Below, piece by piece: positions 18,361 to 27,505 of a stretch of DNA of 64,000 nt (its first letter is position 1; each line of letters opens with the position of its first letter). The position numbers and the translations under genes were made by a program. The notes beneath the pieces are model-generated. The model had not been told where the DNA came from. It searched no databases and worked only from the letters and a program-made list of their open reading frames with translations. The stretch comes from an uncultured Gammaproteobacteria bacterium (GTDB lineage Bacteria > Patescibacteriota > Patescibacteriia > Magasanikbacterales > GWA2-37-8), in the NCBI GenBank assembly GCA_964540825.1, contig CAZINT010000001.1, positions 284,565 to 348,564 on the forward strand, given 5' to 3'.

Positions 18361-18394
18361 ACTGGCCCTGTACGAAATGTGTACGGGGTTAGTT
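18361..18394 (+). terminator. Hairpin after dnaK
   Basis: ACTGGCCCTGTAC-gaaatgt-GTACGGGGTTAGT then TGTTT. Confidence 0.55.
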
Positions 18395-18416
18395 GTTTGA
18401 AAATAATTATATTTGT

Positions 18417-19007
18417 GTGATCAAAAAATATCTCATCATCGCCCTGTGCGTCGTTTTATTCGGTGGTGGTATTTACCTCGGCTACCGCGTAACTCGTCCT
18501 AACACGCCGGCCACACAAGTAACTTCGCAAACGGTTTTGATCACGCTCAAAAGCGAAGGGTTTTTGGTAACGCAGAGTTATGTGTTTAACCAACAAATTG
18601 ATATTGAACATTCCACAGGCAACCAATGGAAAGATATTTTTTGGAAGCAGGCGATCAAGGCCTCGGCTAATGTAAAAGTAAATTCCGGAGTAGACCTCAC
18701 CAAACTTACGGCTGATGATATTGCGATTCAGGATAAAACCATTATGGTTGCCCTGCCACAAGTAGAGGTAAATAGTACGGAAATTGTGGGCGATGTAATG
18801 GTTCAAAATAACCAAGGCATTTTCAAGCGTGCTTTTGATAATGATGACGGCTATAACCAAGCACTAACCGCGATCAAAGCTGAAGCACTCAAGGCAGCCG
18901 GTAAAGATGAAGTAATAGCGGAAGCACAGGCGAGTGCTGAGAAGCAAGTACAGCAATTAATTCGGTATGTGTATCCGGATAGGGATGTGGTAGTACGTTT
19001 TAAATAG
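18417..19007 (+). CDS. DUF4230-like membrane-anchored protein
   Basis: N-terminal [18 protein letters not shown]; start GTG 18417 or TTG 18393. Confidence 0.75.
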   Translation: MIKKYLIIALCVVLFGGGIYLGYRVTRPNTPATQVTSQTVLITLKSEGFLVTQSYVFNQQIDIEHSTGNQWKDIFWKQAIKASANVKVNSGVDLTKLTADDIAIQDKTIMVALPQVEVNSTEIVGDVMVQNNQGIFKRAFDNDDGYNQALTAIKAEALKAAGKDEVIAEAQASAEKQVQQLIRYVYPDRDVVVRFK

Positions 19008-19011
19008 AGGT

Positions 19012-19488
19012 ATGAAAATATCAAAAAAGTATCTATTTTTAATGAGCACGATATTTTTAGTGCTTGTCGGGATTGGGATGCTTTTGTATAAAAATATACC
19101 CCTCGTTAAAGTAAAATCAACAAACAATACGTATTCTGGTGAAGCCGCTGAAACTTCAACATACCGGGGGATTGTTACTGCGGCGAGCAATGATTGTGTG
19201 GTTGATGGAATTTGCGCGCTAACAATTGATCGGTTGTTGTACATCGTCATTGATAGCGGAAGAGGCATGGCCGCAGAACCCCGCAAGCAATTGTCGATCA
19301 ATCAATTACGGGGGTTTGATATTTACGATCTTACTTCGTTGGTCGGTAAAAAAGTTGAAGCCCATATCATCGGTTATGATTTTACCCTTAAACAAAAATT
19401 AAGAGATCAGTACCCAGATTTAGATGGCCTGCCCGCATATTTAGATTTAACAGATAATCCTGGTAATTATATAAAAAAACTCGATTAG
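19012..19488 (+). CDS. Hypothetical membrane-anchored/exported protein
   Basis: N-terminal TM, C-VVDGI-C pair. Confidence 0.7.
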   Translation: MKISKKYLFLMSTIFLVLVGIGMLLYKNIPLVKVKSTNNTYSGEAAETSTYRGIVTAASNDCVVDGICALTIDRLLYIVIDSGRGMAAEPRKQLSINQLRGFDIYDLTSLVGKKVEAHIIGYDFTLKQKLRDQYPDLDGLPAYLDLTDNPGNYIKKLD

Positions 19489-19521
19489 CGCTCAAGAGGT
19501 AGGATTTAATTAAATAAATAT

Positions 19522-20136
19522 ATGTTTAATCTTCGCCGTGGTCTTAACGAGTTATTGGAAGCAAAATTAGCTCAGCCCTCGGTAAGATTGTATGATGAGA
19601 TCAGCGATCAGGTGCTGGCTATATTTGATGAGCACGCACTCCGTGCTCTCGCGCGTAATGACCCGGATCTTCTCGCGGCGTATCATGCTGTGGCCATGGA
19701 AAATAAGGTTGATTTAAAAGATTTAAAGCACAAGTTACAGCTCCCCGATGCTTTTGAAGATGATTTTAAAACTACCGATTCTTACCGAATTTTTAAAAAA
19801 TTTTGGGAAATGCACAATAAGATGGCCTCGCTAAACGAGTTGCCTCCATCCGGCCAAATAACTGAGCTGGTTACATGTATTGATTTTATGGCGAATGCCT
19901 TGCACGTGCCGGAATATGAAATATTTTTGGAACTTTCCAAAGTTATGCGCGAATATTTTCATAAACGTGAGGGCTTGGCATATAGCGTAAGGAAAGATTT
20001 GGTCAAACAGCCCGAAAACACCAACAAAGAGCCGGATATTAACTTCATTTTAGAAAGTGTTTACGGTCATACGGGTAAACATGATGGTACTCAAGGAGCT
20101 GAAGTCATTCCCTTTAATCCTGGAACTAAAAGATAA
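19522..20136 (+). CDS. Hypothetical protein
   Basis: 204-aa ORF between dnaK and dnaJ. Confidence 0.7.
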   Translation: MFNLRRGLNELLEAKLAQPSVRLYDEISDQVLAIFDEHALRALARNDPDLLAAYHAVAMENKVDLKDLKHKLQLPDAFEDDFKTTDSYRIFKKFWEMHNKMASLNELPPSGQITELVTCIDFMANALHVPEYEIFLELSKVMREYFHKREGLAYSVRKDLVKQPENTNKEPDINFILESVYGHTGKHDGTQGAEVIPFNPGTKR

Positions 20137-20142
20137 TAAGCT

Positions 20143-21252
20143 ATGTCTAAAGATTACTACAAAATTCTCGGTATCGACAAAAACGCTTCGACTGAGGAAG
20201 TAAAAAAAGCGTTTAAAAAAGCAGCGATGCAACACCACCCGGACAAACCCGGTGGTAACGAAGCAAAGTTTAAGGAAGCCAACGAGGCCTACCAGGTTTT
20301 GTCGGACAAAGAAAAGCGCGCCCGGTACGACCAGTTTGGTTCGGACTTCGAACAGCAGGGCGGTTTTGGTGGCGGTATGAGCTGGGAAGACCTCATGCGC
20401 GCGACGCGTGGCCAGGGCGGCCAGGGCGGCGGGTTTGAATTTAATTTTGGCGGACAGGATTTTGGAGATATTTTTGGCGACTTGTTTGGTATGGGCGGCG
20501 GACGCGCGCGTAATTCGGGACGACAATCCCGCGGGCGAGATATTCAGGTAGAAGTTGAGCTTGATTTTAAAGAAGCGGCGTTCGGCGTGGAGCGCGATGT
20601 ACGTCTGCGTAAGCAGGATACCTGCGACGTGTGTAAAGGCAGTGGTGCTGAGCCGGGAAGCAAAATGGAAAAATGTGATACGTGTAAAGGCCAAGGACAA
20701 GTGGTGCAAAACCAACGAACGTTCCTTGGGAATATGCAGACTGTTGCGACGTGCCCAACCTGTCAGGGTCGCGGCGAACATTCAACCAAAAAATGTAAAC
20801 ACTGCAATGGTAATGGGGTCGAAAATAAAGAATCAACGATCAAAGTAAAAATTCCCGCTGGTATTGATGAAGGTCAGTCGATTCGTATCAGCGGTAAGGG
20901 TGAAGCTGCGCCACACGGTGGAACGAGCGGGGACCTATATGTTTTGACGCACATTAAGCCAAGCAAAGAATTTCATCGTGAAGATTTTGATATTTATGTT
21001 GATAAAGAAATTTCGTATCCCCAGGCTGTCTTGGGTGACACTATCGAAGTTCCTACCCTCGAGGGAAATGTAAAAATTTTAGTGCCCGAAGGAACTGAAT
21101 CGGGTCAACTCATCCGTTTGAAAGGAAAGGGGATAACGCATCTTGGTAGTACGAGCCGCGGTGACGAGTTTGTGCGGGTAAAAATCCGGGTTCCAAAAAA
21201 AGTCAGTAAAGTGGCTAAAAAACTCCTGGAAGACCTCAAAACTGAAGTCTAA
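20143..21252 (+). CDS. dnaJ: Chaperone DnaJ
   Basis: J-domain HPD, G/F region, four CxxCxGxG repeats. Confidence 0.99.
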   Translation: MSKDYYKILGIDKNASTEEVKKAFKKAAMQHHPDKPGGNEAKFKEANEAYQVLSDKEKRARYDQFGSDFEQQGGFGGGMSWEDLMRATRGQGGQGGGFEFNFGGQDFGDIFGDLFGMGGGRARNSGRQSRGRDIQVEVELDFKEAAFGVERDVRLRKQDTCDVCKGSGAEPGSKMEKCDTCKGQGQVVQNQRTFLGNMQTVATCPTCQGRGEHSTKKCKHCNGNGVENKESTIKVKIPAGIDEGQSIRISGKGEAAPHGGTSGDLYVLTHIKPSKEFHREDFDIYVDKEISYPQAVLGDTIEVPTLEGNVKILVPEGTESGQLIRLKGKGITHLGSTSRGDEFVRVKIRVPKKVSKVAKKLLEDLKTEV

Positions 21253-21289
21253 AATTGGCTATAATTAGCCAAAATATAGCAAAAAGGCC

Positions 21290-21318
21290 TTGACAAAGGG
21301 CCTTTTTTGTGCTATACT
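21290..21318 (+). promoter_or_regulatory. Sigma70 promoter embedded in dnaJ terminator hairpin
   Basis: TTGACA-17 bp-TATACT overlapping AAAAAGGCC...GGCCTTTTTT. Confidence 0.7.
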
Positions 21319-21437
21319 TTTCTGTTTCGTCAAACAGACGAATTTTTTGTTTATAAGCTCTTTAATAATTTCTTGCGGTGAAAATAGGGTATCCCTTATT
21401 TCCACCGCAAGAACCAACTGTTACCTGGAGGGAAACC

Positions 21438-21998
21438 ATGACGATCATGAAGTCTGTCCTCAATCGCTTGGCCGCGCTCGCCCACATCGTGGGTGTGGCG
21501 CTCTTCGCCTCGATCATCTTCGTTCTCTTCGCCGCTGGCTGTGGGTACGATGCTGTTGGACAGGGCGACGTCGAGGTCGCCGTTCCCGCGTCCGCGCCGG
21601 ATCCGCGCTTCACAGCGCCGGGTAACCCCGATTCTCCGCCGTGCTTGGGCTGCGGTTATGCGGCCTCGGTTGGCGAGAGCAAGTCTGTCGCGGCTCAGAC
21701 GCCGATCGCCGCCCCTCCCGGCTTCACGCTGCCGCTTGATCTGGGTGGCGCGCCTCTCAAGGCCTATCCAGCCTACGAGGAGCTGTGCTCCGGCGGAGAT
21801 GTGGCCGTCCGCCAGGACTGCCGCAGCTCCGAGCGCTACTGCAGCGCTCCCGCGAACCACAACGTGGCGGTCGGGGCGATCGACCTCCTATGGTGCGCTT
21901 CTACCGGTCAGACCACGCTCGTCCTCGTCTGCCCCACGGGCACGACCCCGGACAAGTTCGTGGTCGCCCGTACCGCCTACGCCGGCTGCAGCCGGTAG
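21438..21998 (+). CDS. GC-rich Cys-rich orphan, possible lipoprotein
   Basis: GGAGGG SD; hydrophobic N-terminus ending AAGC lipobox-like; several Cys. Confidence 0.7.
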   Translation: MTIMKSVLNRLAALAHIVGVALFASIIFVLFAAGCGYDAVGQGDVEVAVPASAPDPRFTAPGNPDSPPCLGCGYAASVGESKSVAAQTPIAAPPGFTLPLDLGGAPLKAYPAYEELCSGGDVAVRQDCRSSERYCSAPANHNVAVGAIDLLWCASTGQTTLVLVCPTGTTPDKFVVARTAYAGCSR

Positions 21999-22175
21999 AC
22001 CCCCGCGTCTCCTTACGCGGAGCCCTACGACCCGGATTAAAACCCCGGGTCGCTCTAATAAATTTCTAAATTTTATTTGGAAATTTTGAGAGTTTTTTTC
22101 ACTTCGCACCTTTACAAAAGGTGTTTTTTGTTATCTACTATTCAAGCGTTATTTTTGAACGCTCGGAGGACAAGT

Positions 22176-22937
22176 ATGTGGAACATTGCTCGCAACCTCG
22201 TCAGTTATATGCTCGTTGCCTCGGTGGTTTCATTCGTGGTGGCCTGCGGTGTGCAGCCGACCGGGGGAGTGGCGCCGTCAAACCCCGTCGCAAGCGTTCC
22301 GCCCCCGGTTACTCCTGAACGGCTGCACGTCGAGCTCGGACTCACGAACGGTGAAACGCGTTTCGACATGAGCCTGTTTGGCCCGGTTACCATCTGGAGC
22401 GGTCTTCAGTTGGCGCCGGTGGATGGCAGTTCGCGCTATCCAAGTCAGGTCAGCCTGGTGTGCAACGGGCAGCTGATCACTCCTACAAGTGTAAGAACGG
22501 GGAGTGTGTTTGGCCCTAACCGCGAGCTTGTTCTTGAGCTCTCGACGTATCGGAAGCCGGAGAGTGACTGCGCTGTTACCCTGGGCGCCGACTTCGCTGC
22601 GGCGAACGGAACAGCACTGGGTGTGGAAACGACGTTTGCCTTTCATGTGCGGAGCCTCCCGGATCAGTTTGAGCGCCTGGGGCACAAGCTGGGCAAGCCC
22701 GAGCGCCCGCGTCTTTGGAATATTGTCTTTTCAAATGGCGCGACCAAAAAATGCCCAGGCTTCGACGTCGCCCAAATCGCCTCGCCGCACGTCGTTATCC
22801 TGGTGTGCAGCGGCGACGGTTCGGCGTATACCGTTGACGAAGCGCGCGGGGACGTTGGCACGCTCGACTTCTTCCGTGCGAGCTACGGCGGGGAGTTCGT
22901 CAATTTTATCACCACCGACGAGTACACGATCGAATAG
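22176..22937 (+). CDS. GC-rich orphan lipoprotein, possibly Ig-like
   Basis: GGAGG SD; VVAC lipobox-like; beta-rich mature region. Confidence 0.7.
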   Translation: MWNIARNLVSYMLVASVVSFVVACGVQPTGGVAPSNPVASVPPPVTPERLHVELGLTNGETRFDMSLFGPVTIWSGLQLAPVDGSSRYPSQVSLVCNGQLITPTSVRTGSVFGPNRELVLELSTYRKPESDCAVTLGADFAAANGTALGVETTFAFHVRSLPDQFERLGHKLGKPERPRLWNIVFSNGATKKCPGFDVAQIASPHVVILVCSGDGSAYTVDEARGDVGTLDFFRASYGGEFVNFITTDEYTIE

Positions 22938-22977
22938 GCTGCCTGCGTTACGCAAGGAGCCGGAGGGGGTTACTGTG

Positions 22978-23020
22978 CCGTCATTCGGGCCTGTGGTCTT
23001 GAATGACGGTTCTTCTTTTT
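22978..23020 (+). terminator. Intrinsic terminator
   Basis: CCGTCATTCGGGCC-tgt-GGTCTTGAATGACGG then TTCTTCTTTTT. Confidence 0.75.
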
Positions 23021-23022
23021 AG

Positions 23023-23051
23023 TTGCACCTAGCCGGTGCGGTTGGTATACT
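23023..23051 (+). promoter_or_regulatory. Sigma70 promoter, near-leaderless
   Basis: TTGCAC-17 bp-TATACT, ATG 9 nt downstream. Confidence 0.6.
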
Positions 23052-23060
23052 CATGACAGT

Positions 23061-23573
23061 ATGGCTTTTACCAAAAAGGATTTTGAGCATTTTTATACGA
23101 CGCACTTTGATAAGGTGTATCGTTTTATTTTTTTCCGCGTTGGCTGTAATCAGGATTTGGCCGAAGACTTAGTTTCAGAAATTTTCATGAAAGCGCTCAA
23201 AAATTTTGACTCATATGATGCAGCGGTAAGCCAGTCGGCCTGGATCATGACCATTGCTAAAAATCACCTCTTAAATTATTGGCGCGATCGGAAAAATACT
23301 ATGCCGCTGCCAACAAGCGAAACGGCTGAGACCGGAGAGGGAAGTGATGCCTTTTGGCTAAAAAGTTCTTTGCTGCAGCTGCAGCAAACCGTAGAGCAGC
23401 GTGAAATAGCCGAGCTTTTGCTTAGTTTAGATGAAGAAAGCCGCGAAATTGTAACGTTTCACTATCTTTTGGGGTATAGTTATAGTGAGATAGCTCAAAA
23501 GCTGGGTATGAGCGAAGGCGCAGTAAAAGTAGCCGCTCATCGGGCGATCAAAAAAATGAGAACGTTATTATGA
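23061..23573 (+). CDS. ECF RNA polymerase sigma factor
   Basis: AEDLVSEIF, WIMTIAKN (region 2); SYSEIAQKLGMSEGAVK..HRA (region 4). Confidence 0.93.
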   Translation: MAFTKKDFEHFYTTHFDKVYRFIFFRVGCNQDLAEDLVSEIFMKALKNFDSYDAAVSQSAWIMTIAKNHLLNYWRDRKNTMPLPTSETAETGEGSDAFWLKSSLLQLQQTVEQREIAELLLSLDEESREIVTFHYLLGYSYSEIAQKLGMSEGAVKVAAHRAIKKMRTLL

Positions 23574-24286
23574 GTATATTTTTGAAATACAATTTAAAAA
23601 AAGCTGGAAAAAGTCTGTCGGCGCGCCCCGGTTTTAAACAGGAGCTCTGGCAGCGGCTTGATGGCGCTTTTGAGCCGGGCACGCGTCCAGAGAGTGTGTG
23701 GTATCGTCATTTTTCAGTCCGTTTTGCAATTGTGCTCGTAATTGCGGCGATGCTCGTCGGAACGGGGGCTACTGGCGTGTATGCATATAGCAGTCCTCAA
23801 GTAACTGATGGAACAGTCCTCTATCCGGTAAAACAAAGTATCGAACGTGTTGAAGAAAAATTACAGACAACCCCCGAAAAGAAAGCAGCCTTTTTATTGA
23901 AACAAATTGACCGCCGGGAAGCTGAGAAAAAAGTATTACTGGCAAAACGCAAACCGCTTCAAAAAGTGAATAGTGCAATTGTCCAAGTCGAGCGCAAGCT
24001 TGAAGTAACGAACGCAGCTTTAGAAGTAACACCCAAGAAAAATCCGGTACTTTTACAAAAAGTACAGGACCGTTTGAACGAACGTAAAGATCGTCTTAAA
24101 AAGATAAAAGATCAAATTAAAAATCGGCATAACGATCGCGAGGAATCAATGCCAACTTCCACACTGCGACAAAAATTGCTCGATACGTATGAGCACGAAG
24201 TAGAAGCGAGCACGCCCGAAAAAAAACTTCGAGAACGACTCCGTGAGCGAGCACAAGAAAATATTTTCAACCGTGAACGTAAATAA
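23570..24286 (+). CDS. Putative anti-sigma factor, DUF5667-like
   Basis: ATGA overlap with sigma gene, central TM, G.VLYPVKQSIE motif. Confidence 0.75.
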   Translation: MSIFLKYNLKKAGKSLSARPGFKQELWQRLDGAFEPGTRPESVWYRHFSVRFAIVLVIAAMLVGTGATGVYAYSSPQVTDGTVLYPVKQSIERVEEKLQTTPEKKAAFLLKQIDRREAEKKVLLAKRKPLQKVNSAIVQVERKLEVTNAALEVTPKKNPVLLQKVQDRLNERKDRLKKIKDQIKNRHNDREESMPTSTLRQKLLDTYEHEVEASTPEKKLRERLRERAQENIFNRERK

Positions 24287-24320
24287 ATAAAAGGCCTTTC
24301 AAAATGAAAGGCCTTTTATT
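24286..24320. terminator. Bidirectional terminator
   Basis: AATAAAAGGCCTTTC-aaaat-GAAAGGCCTTTTATT. Confidence 0.85.
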
Positions 24321-24727
24321 TATTTTTTTAAGACTGCATCCAGCGCTTTATTCACTTCGGCGTCAGCTTCTTTGTTGCCGGCGCGCAGTGTGTGGCGGTA
24401 GGTAACTTTTTTAAATTTAGTTGAAAGGTTGTACGCTTCGAGCCAGAGTTTTTGGAGCGTTGGTTCTTTCACTTTGTATTCGCGCCGCATCTGTTTAACT
24501 GCAAGTTCGCTGTCGAGAATGCAATCGACTTCGGTCGCGCCGAGCTCGAGCGCCTTTTGAAGGGCCAGAATAAGCGCGGTGTATTCGGCAAAGTTGTTGG
24601 TTTGCGTGCCAAGATATTTGCCAAAAGCAGCTATGACTTCGAGCTGTTCGTTTTTAACGACCACACCTGCGGCTGCTGGCCCGGGGTTGCCGCGCGACCC
24701 GCCATCGGTATAGGTAATTAGTTTCAT
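24320..24727 (-). CDS. rnhA: Ribonuclease HI family protein
   Basis: TDGGSRGNPGPA, TNNFAEY, DSEL, NKEAD. Confidence 0.92.
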   Translation of the reverse strand: MKLITYTDGGSRGNPGPAAAGVVVKNEQLEVIAAFGKYLGTQTNNFAEYTALILALQKALELGATEVDCILDSELAVKQMRREYKVKEPTLQKLWLEAYNLSTKFKKVTYRHTLRAGNKEADAEVNKALDAVLKK

Positions 24728-24736
24728 AGAAAAAAA

Positions 24737-26086
24737 TTAGTATTCGAGCTTCCAAATGCCCGGTTTATTTTCAATTGTTGCAGAAAAATAAAGCAGCCGT
24801 TTGGCGGTATCGGCTCCGAGACCGGTCACGTTTACATTTTCTAGAATATCCTGGCTAACTAAGTAATACGGATACACGACAGATAGCTTGGTATCCGCGC
24901 GCAGGGCGACCGTATTGTAGGCATCGATAAAAACCGCTTGGCGCAGCGCAATGCTGGAGCGGTTCAATAAGTAGGGATCGCTGCCGCCAAGTGATGACCA
25001 CAATTCCCAGGGGTTCCATAACAGCCACCATCCAGTCGGTGACGTTGTAAAAGCGGTAGTGTGCAAGACAAACGAAGTTTGATTATTCGTCAGGATCATG
25101 GCATTTGCATCGCTGGTTTCAAGAAGTGCGGCATTATTTTGAATATGGCGAATCTTAAAACTGCTTGTGCCGGCTTCCATAAGTTTCGTACTAGGAATAG
25201 TGGCAAAAGTATTGGTAAATCCCAGCGTGTCGCGATCAATAGCGAGTTCGTTCGTGCTTGTATTTAAGGAGAGTGTCCACAGTTGCCCGCCATTAAAATA
25301 CCAGTCCATGGTAGTTTTAGTAGTCAACAGGGTGGTCGTTTCAAGCGCCGTGTCGGCTGCAACGATCGCCGCTGGGGTGCTGTAATATATGATGTGGTCA
25401 TTTTCTGAGTCCCACATATATTTTTGAAGTTCACCCGGTTCGGCAGCTGCAATATTCCAATTTTTTTGGGGGTTATTGGTTTTAAAAATCGTCAGCATCG
25501 TGTAGGGTGAAGCGTCATTCGCGACTGAAAAAAAGGTGTTATTTTTTGACCACGCGATGCTGGTAGTGGTGCTTGCGGTAACCCCGGGGAGCTTGGTGTC
25601 AGCGCCGGAAGCGGTACTATGCAGCCTGAGAGCGTGATCGGGTGTGGTGTAGACAAAATATTCTCCATCCGTACTAGCTGAAATAAACCGTTCGGCATCA
25701 GGTAGTACTAGTGAAGGGGCGGCTTTTTTGATAAGGGTAACATCTTTAATGTACACTGTTTGTTTGCTTTTGATGGTAATATCGCGGCTCCAGTCATAAT
25801 ACCCCGGCTTGGTAATAAGGAGGTGATACGAGTTAGGGGCAATATTTTTAAGTCGGACAGGAATTTTTTCGTTAATTTTTTGATTATTCAAAAAGACCAT
25901 CGCATCACTCGGGAGAGCGTCAACGCTCAGTGCGCCTATTTCTTTGATAAGTCCGCTTCGCCAGTCATAGCGATACCCAACCGTATAGAGTACCAAGAGG
26001 GGGGTGATGATAACGAAACTAGCCAAAAAAAGCGCCAATAAAAGTTGACGCCGACGCTTGGTAAGTGTGCTGCCGGGGTATTCCAT
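24737..26086 (-). CDS. PEGA-domain membrane-anchored protein
   Basis: N-terminal TM, GYRYD, P.DA.VFLN, KPGYYDW; beta-rich C-terminus. Confidence 0.8.
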   Translation of the reverse strand: MEYPGSTLTKRRRQLLLALFLASFVIITPLLVLYTVGYRYDWRSGLIKEIGALSVDALPSDAMVFLNNQKINEKIPVRLKNIAPNSYHLLITKPGYYDWSRDITIKSKQTVYIKDVTLIKKAAPSLVLPDAERFISASTDGEYFVYTTPDHALRLHSTASGADTKLPGVTASTTTSIAWSKNNTFFSVANDASPYTMLTIFKTNNPQKNWNIAAAEPGELQKYMWDSENDHIIYYSTPAAIVAADTALETTTLLTTKTTMDWYFNGGQLWTLSLNTSTNELAIDRDTLGFTNTFATIPSTKLMEAGTSSFKIRHIQNNAALLETSDANAMILTNNQTSFVLHTTAFTTSPTGWWLLWNPWELWSSLGGSDPYLLNRSSIALRQAVFIDAYNTVALRADTKLSVVYPYYLVSQDILENVNVTGLGADTAKRLLYFSATIENKPGIWKLEY

Positions 26087-26169
26087 ACTGCGTTTCCCTG
26101 ACTTTGACTTTAAGGGCTATTGAATGTATAGTTAATCATAAGCTAAAAAGGGTTTTCAGTCAAAATACT

Positions 26170-27480
26170 ATGTCATATTTAGTTATAAAGGGGGGTAAAA
26201 AATTGCACGGCGAAATCATGAATCAATCGAATAAAAATTCGGCCATTGCTATTTTATGCGCTGCGCTTATGATTCGCGGCAAAACGACGCTGGTCGATAT
26301 GCCGCACATCGAAGAAGTCACGCGCATGGTAGAGCTTTTAACGAGTATTGGGGTCACGATCGAACGACCGGATGCTCACACGATTGTTGTGGATGCCACG
26401 AACGATTTAACACTTGCAGCGATTGATCGCAAATTGTGCGCCAGAGTTCGGGCGTCACTTCTTTTGTGCGGTGCGCTGGCGGCTCGGGAAAAATCGTATA
26501 AATTATATAAATCCGGCGGTTGCAGGTTGGGAGAACGGACGGTTCGTCCGCATTGGTATGCGCTTAAAAAATTAGGTATTTCAGTAGTCTCGCGCGATCA
26601 GTATTATGAAGTAGAACGTGAACGCCCCCTGGCTGCTGCGCATATTGTCATGTATGAATCGGGGGACGCTGCCACAGAAAACGCTATTATGGCCGCAGTG
26701 CTCGCTCCTGGGGTTACAACAATTACCATGGCTTCGGCCAATTACATGGTGCAAGACTTGTGTTATTTTTTAATCAAGGCCGGTGCAAAAATTTCCGGTG
26801 TCGGTTCCACAACACTCACGATTAAAGGGGTAAGTTCGCTCAAAGCAGTCAAAAATTATCCGATCATGCCTGACCCGATTGTGGCGATGACCTTTTTGTC
26901 AGCAGCTATCACGACGCATTCAAAAGTAACGGTTAAAAATTGCCCTTTGGCATTTCTTGAGCTTGAACTCTGCAAGCTCGATATCATGGGGCAAAAATAT
27001 GTAGTAACTAACAAGCGAAAATCTAAAAATGGTCATTTTGACATTGTTGATATTACCATCGAGCCAAGTACGCTCAAGGCATTGCCTGACAAAATTTATG
27101 GCCGACCGTTCCCTGGACTTAATATTGATAATTTGCCGCTGTTTGTGCCGATTCTAACCCAAGCTAAAGGGCGAACTTTGGTCCACGACTGGGCTTACGA
27201 GAATCGTGCGGTGTATAGTCTTGAACTTCAGAAGCTGGGTGCAAAAATTACCCTTCTTGATCCGCACCGTTTATGGGTAGAAGGTCCCGGTGCACTTACG
27301 CCGAACGAAGTTATCTGCCCGCCAGCGCTTCGGCCTGCAGTGAATGTGCTTATCTGCATGCTTGCGGCTAAAGGTACATCAATTTTACGTAATACAGCTA
27401 TGATTGATAGGGGTTATGAGAATTTATACGCAGTCTTGAATGCTGCAGGCGCAGATATTACCATTATGAAAGAAGCTTAA
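26170..27480 (+). CDS. murA: UDP-N-acetylglucosamine 1-carboxyvinyltransferase
   Basis: KNS, RAS, GGCRLGER (catalytic Cys), ATENAIMAA, IDRGYE; start ATG 26170. Confidence 0.92.
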   Translation: MSYLVIKGGKKLHGEIMNQSNKNSAIAILCAALMIRGKTTLVDMPHIEEVTRMVELLTSIGVTIERPDAHTIVVDATNDLTLAAIDRKLCARVRASLLLCGALAAREKSYKLYKSGGCRLGERTVRPHWYALKKLGISVVSRDQYYEVERERPLAAAHIVMYESGDAATENAIMAAVLAPGVTTITMASANYMVQDLCYFLIKAGAKISGVGSTTLTIKGVSSLKAVKNYPIMPDPIVAMTFLSAAITTHSKVTVKNCPLAFLELELCKLDIMGQKYVVTNKRKSKNGHFDIVDITIEPSTLKALPDKIYGRPFPGLNIDNLPLFVPILTQAKGRTLVHDWAYENRAVYSLELQKLGAKITLLDPHRLWVEGPGALTPNEVICPPALRPAVNVLICMLAAKGTSILRNTAMIDRGYENLYAVLNAAGADITIMKEA

Positions 27481-27505
27481 TTTTGAGATTTTATAACTTT
27501 TATCT

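Noticed and set aside
16420-20836. Long antisense ORFs opposite dnaK and dnaJ
   Set aside because: Typical shadow frames of conserved chaperone genes.
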